A stretch of 64,000 nt of DNA from a virus (taxonomy: Duplodnaviria; Caudoviricetes), in the IMG/VR virus record IMGVR_UViG_3300032305_001732, positions 1 through 64,000 of that record; one strand, written 5' to 3'. The position numbers were made by a program, and so were the translations under genes. Shown piece after piece: positions 24,917-35,123 of the stretch. Within the stretch, counting starts at the first letter, position 1, and each line of letters begins with the position of its first letter. The notes beneath the pieces were generated by a model. The model was given only the letters and a program-made list of their open reading frames with translations, made no database searches and was not told the origin of the DNA.

Positions 24917-25140
24917 GCCAGCCGTTATCCCGGGAGGTATTACTGGCACACGGCAGGTGTTGCGGCGGAAGATGCCAAAATTGCCCGTATATCCCCAGGC
25001 ATATTGGCGGCAGTAAGCAGATTCAGCCAGTGTGTTTTGTGTGCCAAGGCGAACTGCAGGAAATACGCGGAAAACTGATCTGCAAAGAGTGCCACACGAT
25101 TAACGAAACATGCTGTGACGGCGGGCAGTGCGCTACATAA
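24913..25140 (+). CDS. Cys-rich protein (DUF5522-like N-terminus + zinc ribbon)
   Basis: LSREVLLAHGRCCGGRCQNCPY; CFVC...CKEC...CCDG. Confidence 0.7.
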   Translation: MSQPLSREVLLAHGRCCGGRCQNCPYIPRHIGGSKQIQPVCFVCQGELQEIRGKLICKECHTINETCCDGGQCAT

Positions 25141-25273
25141 GCCGCATAGAAAATGGCTATTCTGTACAATAAAGCGACGGTATTCGGTCTTGTTTTTGCT
25201 GAATCCCCGTTGGCGGCTTGTTATTGATTTGATATGCTGAGACTACATTCCGCACATTATGGAGATTTACACT

Positions 25274-25840
25274 ATGTTCGTATCTGACGTCCAGGTATTG
25301 CGCCGGTTTACCAAGAAGCTCGCTTCGGTTGAGATGAAGGATCCGGCGGCTATGTCGGCGGCCGAGCGCACCGAATTCAACAAAACCATGACGAAGCAGC
25401 AACCGCCCGATCTTACTGATAAGGTAAACATGGGCGCGCGCGCTGCCGGTTCTGCTGTATCCGGCGCCGCTAATAAGGGACTTGAGGGCATTACTGGCGC
25501 AGCTAAGTCGCTGTACAACAATGCCACGCCTACAAACCTTGGTTTGGCTGCAGCTGGCGCGGGATTAGGCGGCGGGGCCCTTTACGGCCTTTCGCGCTTG
25601 CTGCAGTCCGATGAAGAAAAGAAGAAGAAAACGCCCATCATGGCTCCGGCTCTTGGGGCTGTAGGCGGCGCGGCCTTGTTGCCGATCATTGCGGCTCTGA
25701 TGTCTCGCGGTGAGGCGAAGCCGATTAACATGGACGGCTTTAATACTTCAAACGGTCCAGCAAATTATGCCGATGCTGTAGCCCACGCGAGCGGCCCGGC
25801 GATGGTTGGCACACCGACCACGTCGACTTATCCTAAGTAA
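25274..25840 (+). CDS. Putative virion protein with glycine zippers
   Basis: KKLAS motif; GLAAAGAGLGGGALYGL and ALGAVGGAALL segments; GGAG RBS. Confidence 0.7.
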   Translation: MFVSDVQVLRRFTKKLASVEMKDPAAMSAAERTEFNKTMTKQQPPDLTDKVNMGARAAGSAVSGAANKGLEGITGAAKSLYNNATPTNLGLAAAGAGLGGGALYGLSRLLQSDEEKKKKTPIMAPALGAVGGAALLPIIAALMSRGEAKPINMDGFNTSNGPANYADAVAHASGPAMVGTPTTSTYPK

Positions 25841-25864
25841 TTACGCGTAGGCCACGTTATCCAT

Positions 25865-26143
25865 ATGATCTTCCGCAAACCAGCAAATGCTTTTTTAGCG
25901 TTGCTGGTTTGCGTTTTTTTAACGACCGCAATTGCTGATATCGTAATTGTGATCTATACTCGCGCGCTGGCTAACCGCGACGTCACTCTTGCCGTTGCTA
26001 TGGCTATGTCTATTTCCATGACCAAGGGCGTTAATATTTTGCTCCTTACAAGTCAATCGACAAATACACGTCGGTGGCTTGTGCAAATTGCGAGCGCGCT
26101 TGGTATGGGCTTCGGAACGTGGCTTGGGCTTTTGATATACTGA
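25865..26143 (+). CDS. Small 3-TM membrane protein
   Basis: Hydrophobic segments; ends ALGMGFGTWLGLL. Confidence 0.65.
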   Translation: MIFRKPANAFLALLVCVFLTTAIADIVIVIYTRALANRDVTLAVAMAMSISMTKGVNILLLTSQSTNTRRWLVQIASALGMGFGTWLGLLIY

Positions 26144-26165
26144 CACTGTCCTTACGAGGTGAACT

Positions 26166-26597
26166 GTGGCTGCGCCTGCTAAGAAGTTTGTCCTGAATGC
26201 TGAACAGCGCGTATACGTAGAGAAGTCTTGGGGTTACGAAGATTGGATTTGGAACGGGCGGTACTGCGGCAAAAAGTTGTTCATTGAAAAAGGCAAAGAG
26301 TGCAGCTTTCATTATCATAAAGTCAAAGACGAGGTAATGTATCTCGAGCGCGGTAAGGTGCTGCTGACGTACGGCTGGGATTCAGACCCAGAGTTTGCGG
26401 CGCAGCTCACGCTCACTCCTGACATGGCTTTCCACATTCCTCCGGGCATGTGGCACCGTTTCAAGGGACTCGAGGAATCCATGCTTTTCGAGTTCAGCAC
26501 CCACCACTCAGACAAGGACGTCGTGAGGTTGGGTGATAAAGAAGCCAAGGACGGCGCTGATGACGAAACAGACGAAGATAGCGACGAAAATTCTTGA
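26166..26597 (+). CDS. Cupin-fold protein (sugar isomerase/epimerase-like)
   Basis: VEKSWGYE...CGKKL...CSFHYHKVKDE...IPPGMWHRF. Confidence 0.85.
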   Translation: MAAPAKKFVLNAEQRVYVEKSWGYEDWIWNGRYCGKKLFIEKGKECSFHYHKVKDEVMYLERGKVLLTYGWDSDPEFAAQLTLTPDMAFHIPPGMWHRFKGLEESMLFEFSTHHSDKDVVRLGDKEAKDGADDETDEDSDENS

Positions 26598-28590
26598 GCG
26601 CGCTTACGCGCGCGAGTTAATTAAAGCAGCGGTCGGGCAGAATGACTTTGGCGTCGGGTCATATACGCCGCCGGGCCAGCCAAAGCCGATGAATTCGGGT
26701 ATCACGCCCGCTGGCCGCGCATTAGCTGCTGCCCCGGCGGCTATCGGCAACGCAGTCGATGGCGCAGGTAGCGGTATATACGGCGGCTTTAATGCTGCCC
26801 TCGGCGCTCCGTTAAGCGGCATTGCTCGCGCTGGTCAGGGCATAGCGCACACTAATCACGTGCTCAATAATGACCCGCAGGCTCAAAATGCTTCAGCGGT
26901 CTGGGGTGCTGCAGCAAAGTCGCTTTGGTCAAACACAGTAGCCGGCGGTAAAGATTTACTCGAGGCTCCGTCACGCATGCTTGGCGCGCTTGACGGGCCC
27001 ACGCATATGCAGACATTGCAAGCGCAGCAGGGCGCGCAGCTTAGTCCCGGCCAGCGGGATGTGTTTAATTTCGCTAATAATGCTGCGCAGAACGCTTCTA
27101 CAGCTTTAGTTGCGGCTCCCGCATTTGGCGCTGTGGCAAAAGCTGTACCGCGGGCGGATAAAGCGCTGCAGTTGTACGCTTCTGGCGACGTCGCTCTCCG
27201 CAGCTTCGGCGTCGGCACGCCGGAGGTAAATCAAATTATAGCGAATACGATAGGCATGGGTAATCAGGCTCAAGCTGCAGAACCGCAAACCGCACCACAA
27301 CCAGCGCCAGAGCCTACAGATGTTAACTATGATCAGCTGTCGACCGCTTTAAACAGCTTTCACCCTGAAATGCAAGACGCTGCCAACGAATTTGTGGCTG
27401 AGAATAACGCAGATCAAACAGAAGTAGCGCAAGATGCCGCTGCGACCCCAGCACAACAAGTTGCTGGTCCTGTTCCACCTCCGCCTACCGAACAGCCGGC
27501 GCCAGAACAGCAATCTGAAGCGGCTACGGATTACGCGGCTTTGACGCCTGCAAAGTGGTCGCTTCCTCCTAATGCCACCCCCGCGCAACAAAAAACAGTT
27601 GAGTACGCCACAAATACAATTAACGCTGCTCCGCCGCCTGTGCAGAAAGCTGTTAGTGATCTTGCAACTGATTCAACAAACGCAGAAGCAAAAGCGACTG
27701 TAGACGCCGCAGCTACTGAAAACATTGTGAGGTCCGTTACAGCGGATCCAGCTGCTACGGCAAACGGCGCTACAAATTTTGGCGAGCTTATTGGCGCCAA
27801 AATGGAGTGGTACAACAACCAAGACCCGCATACGCAGGGCTTGCTGGCGCTTGGGCTGTCTGCCGGCGTTATTGGACTTATTTCAGCTATTAATGGCGGC
27901 GGCTTGGGTAGTTTTCTTTCAATGGCGCTTGGTTTAGGCGGCGCTGGGCTTTTGGGCGCCGCAAGCGGCGCATTTGGCGAAGACGGACAGCGCGCGATGG
28001 GGCAGGGCATGGCGTCAGTTGGGCGCATGATGGGGATGGATGTTCCTACGGATCCAGTACCTGTAGATCGGCTTGTGGGTGAAAACGCTCCAGCGGCTAT
28101 TCACGCTGACGTTATGAAATCTGCCCCGACCGACAAAGAAAAAATGCAGCTGCTCACTAACAAGACAATGCGAGACACTAAAGCGCAAAGCATACGCGCG
28201 GAACTGAAGCAACTAGACAGAGCAAAACAAATTGCGGGGATGCCGGAGCAAGCTGCAGTGCCTGTGCTTATGGCATTAGGTCAGGCGCAGGGCAAACCAC
28301 TAACGACTGAAGTTGCTAAACAGGTTTATCGTAATGCTGTGCAAACCGCGCAAATGGCTAACGATAAAGACAGCCCTATGGGTAAGCAACTTGCTGAGGC
28401 GCAGCAGTTTTCTACAGATGCGGATAAATACGTAGCGCAGCAAGCTGGTAACTACATTGCACCATACGTAGCCCCTGCAGCGCCATATGTGAATAAAGCT
28501 ATACCTTATGTAAATCAAGCCTCGCAATATGCGGATCAAGCCTCGCAATTTCTTGCTCCATTTTTTCCCAAGGTGAATAATGCTAGATAA
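26560..28590 (+). CDS. Large Ala-rich putative virion/ejection protein
   Basis: IKAAVG motif, Pro/Gln linker, glycine-zipper TM pair (LALGLSAGVIG...ALGLGGAGLLGA), C-terminal PYV/QA repeats. Confidence 0.75.
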   Translation: MTKQTKIATKILERAYARELIKAAVGQNDFGVGSYTPPGQPKPMNSGITPAGRALAAAPAAIGNAVDGAGSGIYGGFNAALGAPLSGIARAGQGIAHTNHVLNNDPQAQNASAVWGAAAKSLWSNTVAGGKDLLEAPSRMLGALDGPTHMQTLQAQQGAQLSPGQRDVFNFANNAAQNASTALVAAPAFGAVAKAVPRADKALQLYASGDVALRSFGVGTPEVNQIIANTIGMGNQAQAAEPQTAPQPAPEPTDVNYDQLSTALNSFHPEMQDAANEFVAENNADQTEVAQDAAATPAQQVAGPVPPPPTEQPAPEQQSEAATDYAALTPAKWSLPPNATPAQQKTVEYATNTINAAPPPVQKAVSDLATDSTNAEAKATVDAAATENIVRSVTADPAATANGATNFGELIGAKMEWYNNQDPHTQGLLALGLSAGVIGLISAINGGGLGSFLSMALGLGGAGLLGAASGAFGEDGQRAMGQGMASVGRMMGMDVPTDPVPVDRLVGENAPAAIHADVMKSAPTDKEKMQLLTNKTMRDTKAQSIRAELKQLDRAKQIAGMPEQAAVPVLMALGQAQGKPLTTEVAKQVYRNAVQTAQMANDKDSPMGKQLAEAQQFSTDADKYVAQQAGNYIAPYVAPAAPYVNKAIPYVNQASQYADQASQFLAPFFPKVNNAR

Positions 28591-29326
28591 AAAACTCGTA
28601 ATAGACGTTATGCAAAAAGCCGCCCGATGCTGGGCGGGTTATGAGCCTGTGCCCGGCGCCAAGGCTTACAGCGAAGGCTCCTGCCGCCCGAAGGGCAGCA
28701 AGAAGACAAAGAAGGAAGTGATTCAAGGTAAAAATCACTCAGAGAAGAAAGCAGCGCAGCCGTATACGGGCCAGCACAGTGCTACGCCGTTTGACGCTGC
28801 TCACGCGGCGGGCTTACTAGGCATGAAACCTAATGCAGATCCGCAGCAGGTCTATAACCGAATGATGCACAAATATCAATCTGGCGGTTTTAACCCGGCC
28901 CAGTTTTCAGAATTACGTGCAAAGTATCAAGGACTACCACCGTCGTTCACACCGCCTACTGGCGCTGTTGCTCCCGTCGCACCTAAACCAGTACAGGCGC
29001 CAGTCGCCGCCCGCCCGTCTCCGTGCGGCCCGGGTGGGTGCCCTGTGCCACGTCAGGTTAAACCGCCTGTTCCGCGCACGCCAAACGGCACACCGCGGCT
29101 TGTTCCGGGCGTACCTCAACCGCGGCCCACAATGAATCAGATGCCGCCAAAAACGGCCAAAGTAGACTTTACGCAATTTGCGCCTAAAGCCGCACCGCCG
29201 GCAAAACCGGCTGTTGCGGCCGTGACCCGCAAACCGGAAGAGCCGGACACGCTCAAGCCCGAACCGCTTCCGCGTGTTGCTCCGACTATTTCGCCGGTTG
29301 ATTCCAAAGTTCCGCCGCTGAAGTAA
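28580..29326 (+). CDS. Putative internal head protein with K-x-A motifs
   Basis: QKAARCWAGYEPVPGAKAYSEGSC module; KKAA, KTAK; Pro-rich tail. Confidence 0.75.
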   Translation: MLDKKLVIDVMQKAARCWAGYEPVPGAKAYSEGSCRPKGSKKTKKEVIQGKNHSEKKAAQPYTGQHSATPFDAAHAAGLLGMKPNADPQQVYNRMMHKYQSGGFNPAQFSELRAKYQGLPPSFTPPTGAVAPVAPKPVQAPVAARPSPCGPGGCPVPRQVKPPVPRTPNGTPRLVPGVPQPRPTMNQMPPKTAKVDFTQFAPKAAPPAKPAVAAVTRKPEEPDTLKPEPLPRVAPTISPVDSKVPPLK

Positions 29327-29346
29327 TTAAACAACAAGGATGTCAC

Positions 29347-30069
29347 ATGGCAAAACAGCCCAGCCGCACAGCGAACAAATCAGCACGTCGACAGGAACGC
29401 AAACAAGCGCGCAAAGACAAACAGGACACGAACGTTTATTCGCCGGTAGAGTTTAAGCCTCGCACAGAATCGCAACGGCACGCCCTCGAGCTTGTCGCTG
29501 ATAATGACATGAGTTTCCTTCTCGGATCTGCGGGTTCAGGCAAAACGTTTCTAGCTATGGCTTATGCAATTAATCAGGTGCTGACTAAACAGGTAGATAA
29601 GATTGTTCTGACGCGGCCTATTGTCGAAGCCGGCGAGAAGCTTGGGTTTCTGCCGGGCACGTTTGGCGATAAGGTAAATCCGTACATGCAGCCCCTTTAC
29701 GACACCATGGAGGTGTTGTTGGGTAAGCAAGGAGCTAAGCGCGAGATTATCAATAAAGCTGTGGTGCTTGCGCCGCTATGTTATATGCGCGGGCGTACAT
29801 TTAATGATTCAATCTGTATTTTTGACGAGGCGCAAAATGCCACGTACACGCAGCTTAAATTGTTTCTGACGCGTTTTGGGCAAAATACGAAGGTTATCGT
29901 TACGGGTGATCCAGACCAGAGCGATCTCGTGACAGGCCGCCGAGAAGATTGCGCTTTGACCGAGGTCGTGGACAGGCTTAAAGGCACGGCGGGTATTGGT
30001 ATGTATAAGTTTACCCATGCTGACGTCGTGCGCCATCCGCTAGTAGCTGCTGTGTTGCGCAAGCTGTAA
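29347..30069 (+). CDS. phoH: PhoH-like ATPase
   Basis: GSAGSGKT, LGFLPG, YMRGRTF, DEAQN, GDPDQSD, VRHPLV. Confidence 0.95.
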   Translation: MAKQPSRTANKSARRQERKQARKDKQDTNVYSPVEFKPRTESQRHALELVADNDMSFLLGSAGSGKTFLAMAYAINQVLTKQVDKIVLTRPIVEAGEKLGFLPGTFGDKVNPYMQPLYDTMEVLLGKQGAKREIINKAVVLAPLCYMRGRTFNDSICIFDEAQNATYTQLKLFLTRFGQNTKVIVTGDPDQSDLVTGRREDCALTEVVDRLKGTAGIGMYKFTHADVVRHPLVAAVLRKL

Positions 30070-30077
30070 AAACAGAC

Positions 30078-30106
30078 TTGCCCAAGTTTTGCGTGTGACT
30101 TATAGT
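30078..30106 (+). promoter_or_regulatory. sigma70-like promoter
   Basis: TTGCCC-17 nt-TATAGT. Confidence 0.65.
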
Positions 30107-30129
30107 GGCTCCAACACTTAGGAGCTATT

Positions 30130-30576
30130 ATGCAATTACACGAAATCGTCACGCTGCTTAATGAAGACCTAAAAAACGAGTGGAAGCATATGCAGTTTTA
30201 TCTGCATCATGCTAGCGCTATTACGGGCCTGCACGCGCACGAGTACAAAGAGTTTTTACTCGAACAAGCGGCCAGTGAGATGAAGCATGTACAGCAGTTT
30301 TCTGACATGCTGTTTGGTCTCGGTATAACCCCTACTACCGAAATAAACGAGTTTTCAAAACTCACAAGCGCCAAGTTAATACTTGAGAGCGCTGCTGCTA
30401 TGGAAGAAGACGTCGTTAAAAATTACGTCCAGCGTATTGCGCAGCTGTCTACGCTAACGTTCCACTCTTCTGCAGAGGCGGCCGACGCAAAATGGATCGA
30501 GATTTTTCTTGAGGAACAGGTCAAAGACAGCCGCGAAGATCTTGATCATTTAATGCGAATTCTCGCGGGGTTGTAA
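30130..30576 (+). CDS. Ferritin-like (bacterioferritin-type) protein
   Basis: Four-helix pattern NEW..QFY, EQAASEMKH, MEEDVVKNY, EEQ...EDLDH. Confidence 0.85.
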   Translation: MQLHEIVTLLNEDLKNEWKHMQFYLHHASAITGLHAHEYKEFLLEQAASEMKHVQQFSDMLFGLGITPTTEINEFSKLTSAKLILESAAAMEEDVVKNYVQRIAQLSTLTFHSSAEAADAKWIEIFLEEQVKDSREDLDHLMRILAGL

Positions 30577-30580
30577 TTCT

Positions 30581-30667
30581 GGACAGGTGGCAGAGCGGTT
30601 GAATGCACTGGTCTTGAAAACCGGCGAGCCCTGACGGGCTCCGGGGGTTCGAATCCCTCCCTGTCCG
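30581..30667 (+). tRNA. tRNA-Ser(TGA)
   Basis: GGACAGG/CCTGTCC acceptor, CTGGT-CTTGAAA-ACCGG, long variable arm, G73. Confidence 0.97.
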
Positions 30668-30710
30668 TTAATCTTGCGCGTTTCTGCGTCTCGTTTATAC
30701 TTGCGATTTA

Positions 30711-32912
30711 TTGCCCCATACTTATCTGGTGCCAGCTATGCGAACCAAAGATTTAGGCGAATTTTTTTACACGACGTCTCTCACGCAGTACGACGTATTG
30801 AAGTATTACGTCAACAAGATGTTCACGCCGGCTATGGACGTAGTGGCGTTGCTGCAGCTTATTGCGACGTACAAGCCTAAAACGTTTTTAGAGATCGGCA
30901 CAAATCAAGGGCAGACCACACAAATTATCGCAGATAATTTTCCTAATATGCAGATCGTCACGTGCGATCCCGGCGATCAGCTGACAGAGGAACAACGCAA
31001 CGAGCACCAAATAGGTGAGCATTTACCACAGTGGGCAATCGGTGAGCGAGTAGCTGGCTATCCGAATGTGAAAATTATTAAAAAGTCGTTTGCTGATATC
31101 GATTGGGCTGGGCAAACCTTTGATTTTATTTTCATTGACGGCGACCATTCTTACGAAGCTGCGCTGCAAGATAGCTTGTTAGCCGCTAAGCTTGTAAATC
31201 ATCCTGGCGTGCTGGCGTGGCACGATGTGGATAACGGCGCAGTTCCTGGCGTAAAAAAAGCGCTTGATGAGCTGACTGAATTAGCTCCGATTATTCACAT
31301 TGAAAAATCAATGGTGGGGTATCGCGCTACTTGCCGGAGCACCGACTCGAAACGAGTTTTTACTCAGTTGCACAGAGACGGCGCTTGGGGTTCTGGCTGC
31401 GGCCCGGGCGCAACCTTAGATTTCTGCCAGCCGCTGATTAATTTTTTAGCGCCGCACTTTGAAGAACGGAACGTCAAGACACTATGCGATTTAGGCTGCG
31501 GCGATTTTCAGTGGCAACCCGCGCTAGTAGCTAGTACCGGGGTTAAATACATTGGTTTAGATTGCATTGACGCACTAATAGAGCAGAACAGCGCGAAATA
31601 TCTCCGGCCGGCGTACGAGTTTCGCTCTGTAGACTTTGCCGCAACCCCTGCAGCGCAATTACCAGAAGCAGATGTTTACCTTATCAAAGACGTTTTGCAG
31701 CACTGGACGTCTGACGACGTAAATCAGTTTTTAGTGGAGCTGCTCATCGCGCGCCCATCGGCTGAAGTGCTTGTCATTAACTGCGTCAACCAAGAAAACG
31801 ATAAACGCGACATTCAAACCGGCCAGTTTGAGCCGCTCAACAAAGCACACTATCCGCTAAATGCATTTAATGTCGAGGAGCTGTTTTCGTTTCACAGCAA
31901 AGTTGTTTACAGGATCAGTCCGCTTAAATCAAACGCGCCAATGCCGACTAGTGCGCCGGTTAAATTAAGTGCTGCACCGGTTGTGCTACCCGAGTTTTCT
32001 GCAGCTTTGATGCAGCCTGCCAATGTTGCTGCGTATCGGCCGCTTGTCGAATCTACATCTGCGCAGTGGTTTGCTGATGCTGCGTCCGCAGCTGCGCTAG
32101 TGCCAAAACCCAGCGATATGCGGGGGCGCGGCATTGTTATCTGTGCGGGCAATAATTATCTGCCTGCGGCGTGGGTGAATATCAAGATGCTGCGATATTT
32201 TCACTGCGACTTGCCAGTGGAGATTTGGCATCTTGGTCCAGAAGAAATTCCGGCCCGCGTGCGCCCGGGTTTCGAGGCGCTAGGCGCCACGTTTATAGAC
32301 GGCCGCGAAATCCAAAAGACGTTTCCGCATCAACGGCTAAACGGCTGGGAACTTAAAGCTTACGCGCTGCTGCACACAAAGTTTGCTGAGGTAATGCTTC
32401 TTGATGCGGATAACATACCGCTTAAAAATGTCACACGTTTGTTTGATGAGATGTTTTACAAGCAACACGGCGCGTTGTTCTGGCCGGATCGCGGAACGTG
32501 GCCGCCGCATGCCAAGATTTGGGAGTTGACCGGCGTACCGTACAGACCCGAGTGTGAGTTTGAAACCGGGCAGATGGTTGTGGATCGGTCACGCTGCTGG
32601 CCAGCTGTTGTGATGACTAATTGGATTAATGAAGAGAGCGTCTATTGGTATACGAAGATTCACGGTGACAAAGACACGTTCCGGCTAGGCTGGCGCGGCA
32701 CTGGCACACAATACAACGCTATTCCGCACTCGTCGCTGGCGCCGTGGCCATTCTTTTATCAGAAAGACATTACCGGAGACGTGTTGTTCCAGCACGGCTG
32801 CAAATGGGCGGGCAGGCCAGAATCCTGCGAGTTGCAACAACAGTTTACGCCGGAATTTGTGCCGTATTATCCGCAGTGCGTTGGCTACATCGAAGAGTAT
32901 TCCAAACTGTAA
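30711..32912 (+). CDS. Fusion: two class I SAM methyltransferase domains + GT71/mannosyltransferase-like glycosyltransferase
   Basis: FLEIGTNQG / FDFIFIDGDHSY; LCDLGCGDF; RGIVICAG...LLDADN...GALFWPD; start uncertain (30711 TTG or 30738 ATG). Confidence 0.8.
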   Translation: MPHTYLVPAMRTKDLGEFFYTTSLTQYDVLKYYVNKMFTPAMDVVALLQLIATYKPKTFLEIGTNQGQTTQIIADNFPNMQIVTCDPGDQLTEEQRNEHQIGEHLPQWAIGERVAGYPNVKIIKKSFADIDWAGQTFDFIFIDGDHSYEAALQDSLLAAKLVNHPGVLAWHDVDNGAVPGVKKALDELTELAPIIHIEKSMVGYRATCRSTDSKRVFTQLHRDGAWGSGCGPGATLDFCQPLINFLAPHFEERNVKTLCDLGCGDFQWQPALVASTGVKYIGLDCIDALIEQNSAKYLRPAYEFRSVDFAATPAAQLPEADVYLIKDVLQHWTSDDVNQFLVELLIARPSAEVLVINCVNQENDKRDIQTGQFEPLNKAHYPLNAFNVEELFSFHSKVVYRISPLKSNAPMPTSAPVKLSAAPVVLPEFSAALMQPANVAAYRPLVESTSAQWFADAASAAALVPKPSDMRGRGIVICAGNNYLPAAWVNIKMLRYFHCDLPVEIWHLGPEEIPARVRPGFEALGATFIDGREIQKTFPHQRLNGWELKAYALLHTKFAEVMLLDADNIPLKNVTRLFDEMFYKQHGALFWPDRGTWPPHAKIWELTGVPYRPECEFETGQMVVDRSRCWPAVVMTNWINEESVYWYTKIHGDKDTFRLGWRGTGTQYNAIPHSSLAPWPFFYQKDITGDVLFQHGCKWAGRPESCELQQQFTPEFVPYYPQCVGYIEEYSKL

Positions 32913-32927
32913 CGTGTAAGGTGCTAC

Positions 32928-33905
32928 ATGCCACAGAAGTTTATTTTGCGTAATCATCAAAGCCCCGGCGATTTGGTAATGATGCTGTACGCATTGACTA
33001 GTCTGCACGAAACGTATCCCGGCGAGTACATCACAGATGTAAACGTGACGGTGCGCGACTTGTTTGTTGAAAATCCGTTGATTACGCAGCTAAACGAAAA
33101 AGACCCTGATGTGCGGGTAATTAAAATGGAATACCCGCAAATCAATGAGAGTAACAGCCGACCGTACCGCTTCTCTACAGCTTTCACGGCATACCTAGCC
33201 GATCAAATTGGTAGGCCTATTCAGCCCGCTAATTTTGCAGGGGTTATTCCGCTTAGCGCTAGCGAAAAAGGCTGGTACTCGGCAATGCACGAGGTGCTGC
33301 AACGCGACGTGCCGTACTGGGTTTTAAACGCCGGGCATAAATCTGACTTCACCGCTAAGACTTGGTCATTTGCGCGGTATCAAGAATTAGTAGACGCTTT
33401 GCCAGATGTGCAGTTTGTACAGGTTGGTGCTAAAGAGCACATACATCCAGAACTGCGCGGCCCTAATTTAACACGTATGGTAGGAAAGACAGATACGCGG
33501 CAATTAATCCGGCTAGTTTACAACTCGTTTGGTGTAATTTCTGGCGTGAGCTTTCCGATGCACTTAGCTTATGCCGTACCCGCGCACCCTAGGTTTAGAC
33601 GTGAAAGCCGCGCAAATATTACTATTGCCGGCGGCCGGGAACCGTCGCATTGGGAGCAGGGTCCGGATCATCATTATTTACACACCAGCGGTATGCTTAG
33701 TTGCTGCTCTAAAGGTGGTTGCTGGAAGAGCCGCGTAGTGGCCATGGATGACAACGACGAAAAAAACAACAGCCTATGCGAAGCGCCGATGATGATGGAA
33801 GACGGGCAGTGGGTGCCAAAATGTATGGTGATGATTGAAGTCGACGACGTTGTAAAGCTTGTACGCCGGTATATGGATAACCTGGACTACTCGCCTAAGT
33901 CGTGA
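32928..33905 (+). CDS. GT9 (heptosyltransferase-like) glycosyltransferase
   Basis: SPGDLVMM...YP, KTWSFARYQELV, VQVG, SFPMHLAYAV. Confidence 0.75.
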   Translation: MPQKFILRNHQSPGDLVMMLYALTSLHETYPGEYITDVNVTVRDLFVENPLITQLNEKDPDVRVIKMEYPQINESNSRPYRFSTAFTAYLADQIGRPIQPANFAGVIPLSASEKGWYSAMHEVLQRDVPYWVLNAGHKSDFTAKTWSFARYQELVDALPDVQFVQVGAKEHIHPELRGPNLTRMVGKTDTRQLIRLVYNSFGVISGVSFPMHLAYAVPAHPRFRRESRANITIAGGREPSHWEQGPDHHYLHTSGMLSCCSKGGCWKSRVVAMDDNDEKNNSLCEAPMMMEDGQWVPKCMVMIEVDDVVKLVRRYMDNLDYSPKS

Positions 33906-33912
33906 TGGCTGG

Positions 33913-34365
33913 ATGCTGCCACATCGCAAAACCGTAATGGCGCTAGACTTCGATCGCACGTTTACGAGCGATGTCGCGTTCTGGCGCATGTTCATAACTA
34001 TTGCGGTGCAGCGCGGGCATACGGTTATATGTGTAACTGGCCGAACTGATTGCCCACGCAATCATGCAGAAGTCGCCGCGGTGTTCGGCCAGCCTTATTT
34101 TCAGCTTCTTGGCGGTTGCATCTTTTGCAGCCATTCGCCGAAGCGCGCGATTGTCGAAGCGCGCGGTTACGCAATTGATATTTGGATAGACGACATGCCT
34201 GAGGGCATCGGCGCACGCGACCCGGCTGAGTTTAAAGCTCTCGAGGCCAAATTCCCTGTGTGCGAAACATTGCCAATATTTAACAACGCAGATATTTCGC
34301 CTACTGAGATGTGGGTACCAAACGCCCCACTATTTTCAAAAAAACCCAGAATTACTGTAAATTAA
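33913..34365 (+). CDS. HAD-superfamily hydrolase
   Basis: ALDFDRT (DxDxT), VTGR, K, IWIDD. Confidence 0.8.
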   Translation: MLPHRKTVMALDFDRTFTSDVAFWRMFITIAVQRGHTVICVTGRTDCPRNHAEVAAVFGQPYFQLLGGCIFCSHSPKRAIVEARGYAIDIWIDDMPEGIGARDPAEFKALEAKFPVCETLPIFNNADISPTEMWVPNAPLFSKKPRITVN

Positions 34366-34421
34366 TAGGGTACGCCGGGACGGATCTCGGCTAAGTCTGA
34401 CGCACTGAACGGATTCAGTGT

Positions 34422-35123
34422 ATGCAGAAGCGTTGGTACTACTGTTACGTTATCGTATACCCGTCGCTTGGGTATAAGTTCTACTACGGCTCGCGCATAA
34501 CAAAAAATGCGCCCGAGGCCGACCATGATTACTTCGGGTCGTCCGTTACTTTTAGTCACTACAACGACACAGAGCATGCCGAGTATCAGGCTGACGCTTT
34601 AAAAATTATTCTCTGGGCCGCGCACCTGCCAAAAGCCAAGAAACACGCACTGGCTCTCGGCGCGCTTGAGGCGGCTAATATTCGTGCCGCGCTAGATAAC
34701 CGCGAGCATCTCGGGCCGGATATTTGCTTAAACCGTAATTACGGCGGGCGTATTGTATTGACGCCAGCTGAGTACAAAGCAGCTGCTGAAAAATCGCGGC
34801 AGGCTGGTTCTGGGTTTGCAGGTATGTCTAAAAAAATGCACAAAAAATGGGCTACGCTTGGCGGTCAATTGTCTAAGCTGCATGGCAAAGGCGTGCACGG
34901 ACTTAGCCAAGAAGAGCGCCGCCGCAATTCAGTTCTAGGTGCGGGTGTTATAAAGGACAAGTACGCAAAAGATTACACGTTTTGCGACCCAAACGGCGAG
35001 CTTGTAGCAATTAGAAATTTGAAAGCATTTTGCCGCGAGCATAATTTAAATCCTGGGCATATGCGCAGCGTAAATTGCGGCAGAATTAAATCACACAAAG
35101 GATGGCGCAAGCCCGCAGAATGA
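34422..35123 (+). mobile_element. Free-standing GIY-YIG (Seg-like) homing endonuclease with C-terminal NUMOD-type DNA-binding module
   Basis: YYCYVI...KFYYGSR, YFGSS, CLNRN; C-terminal DPNGE...NLKAFCREHNL...SHKGW. Confidence 0.75.
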
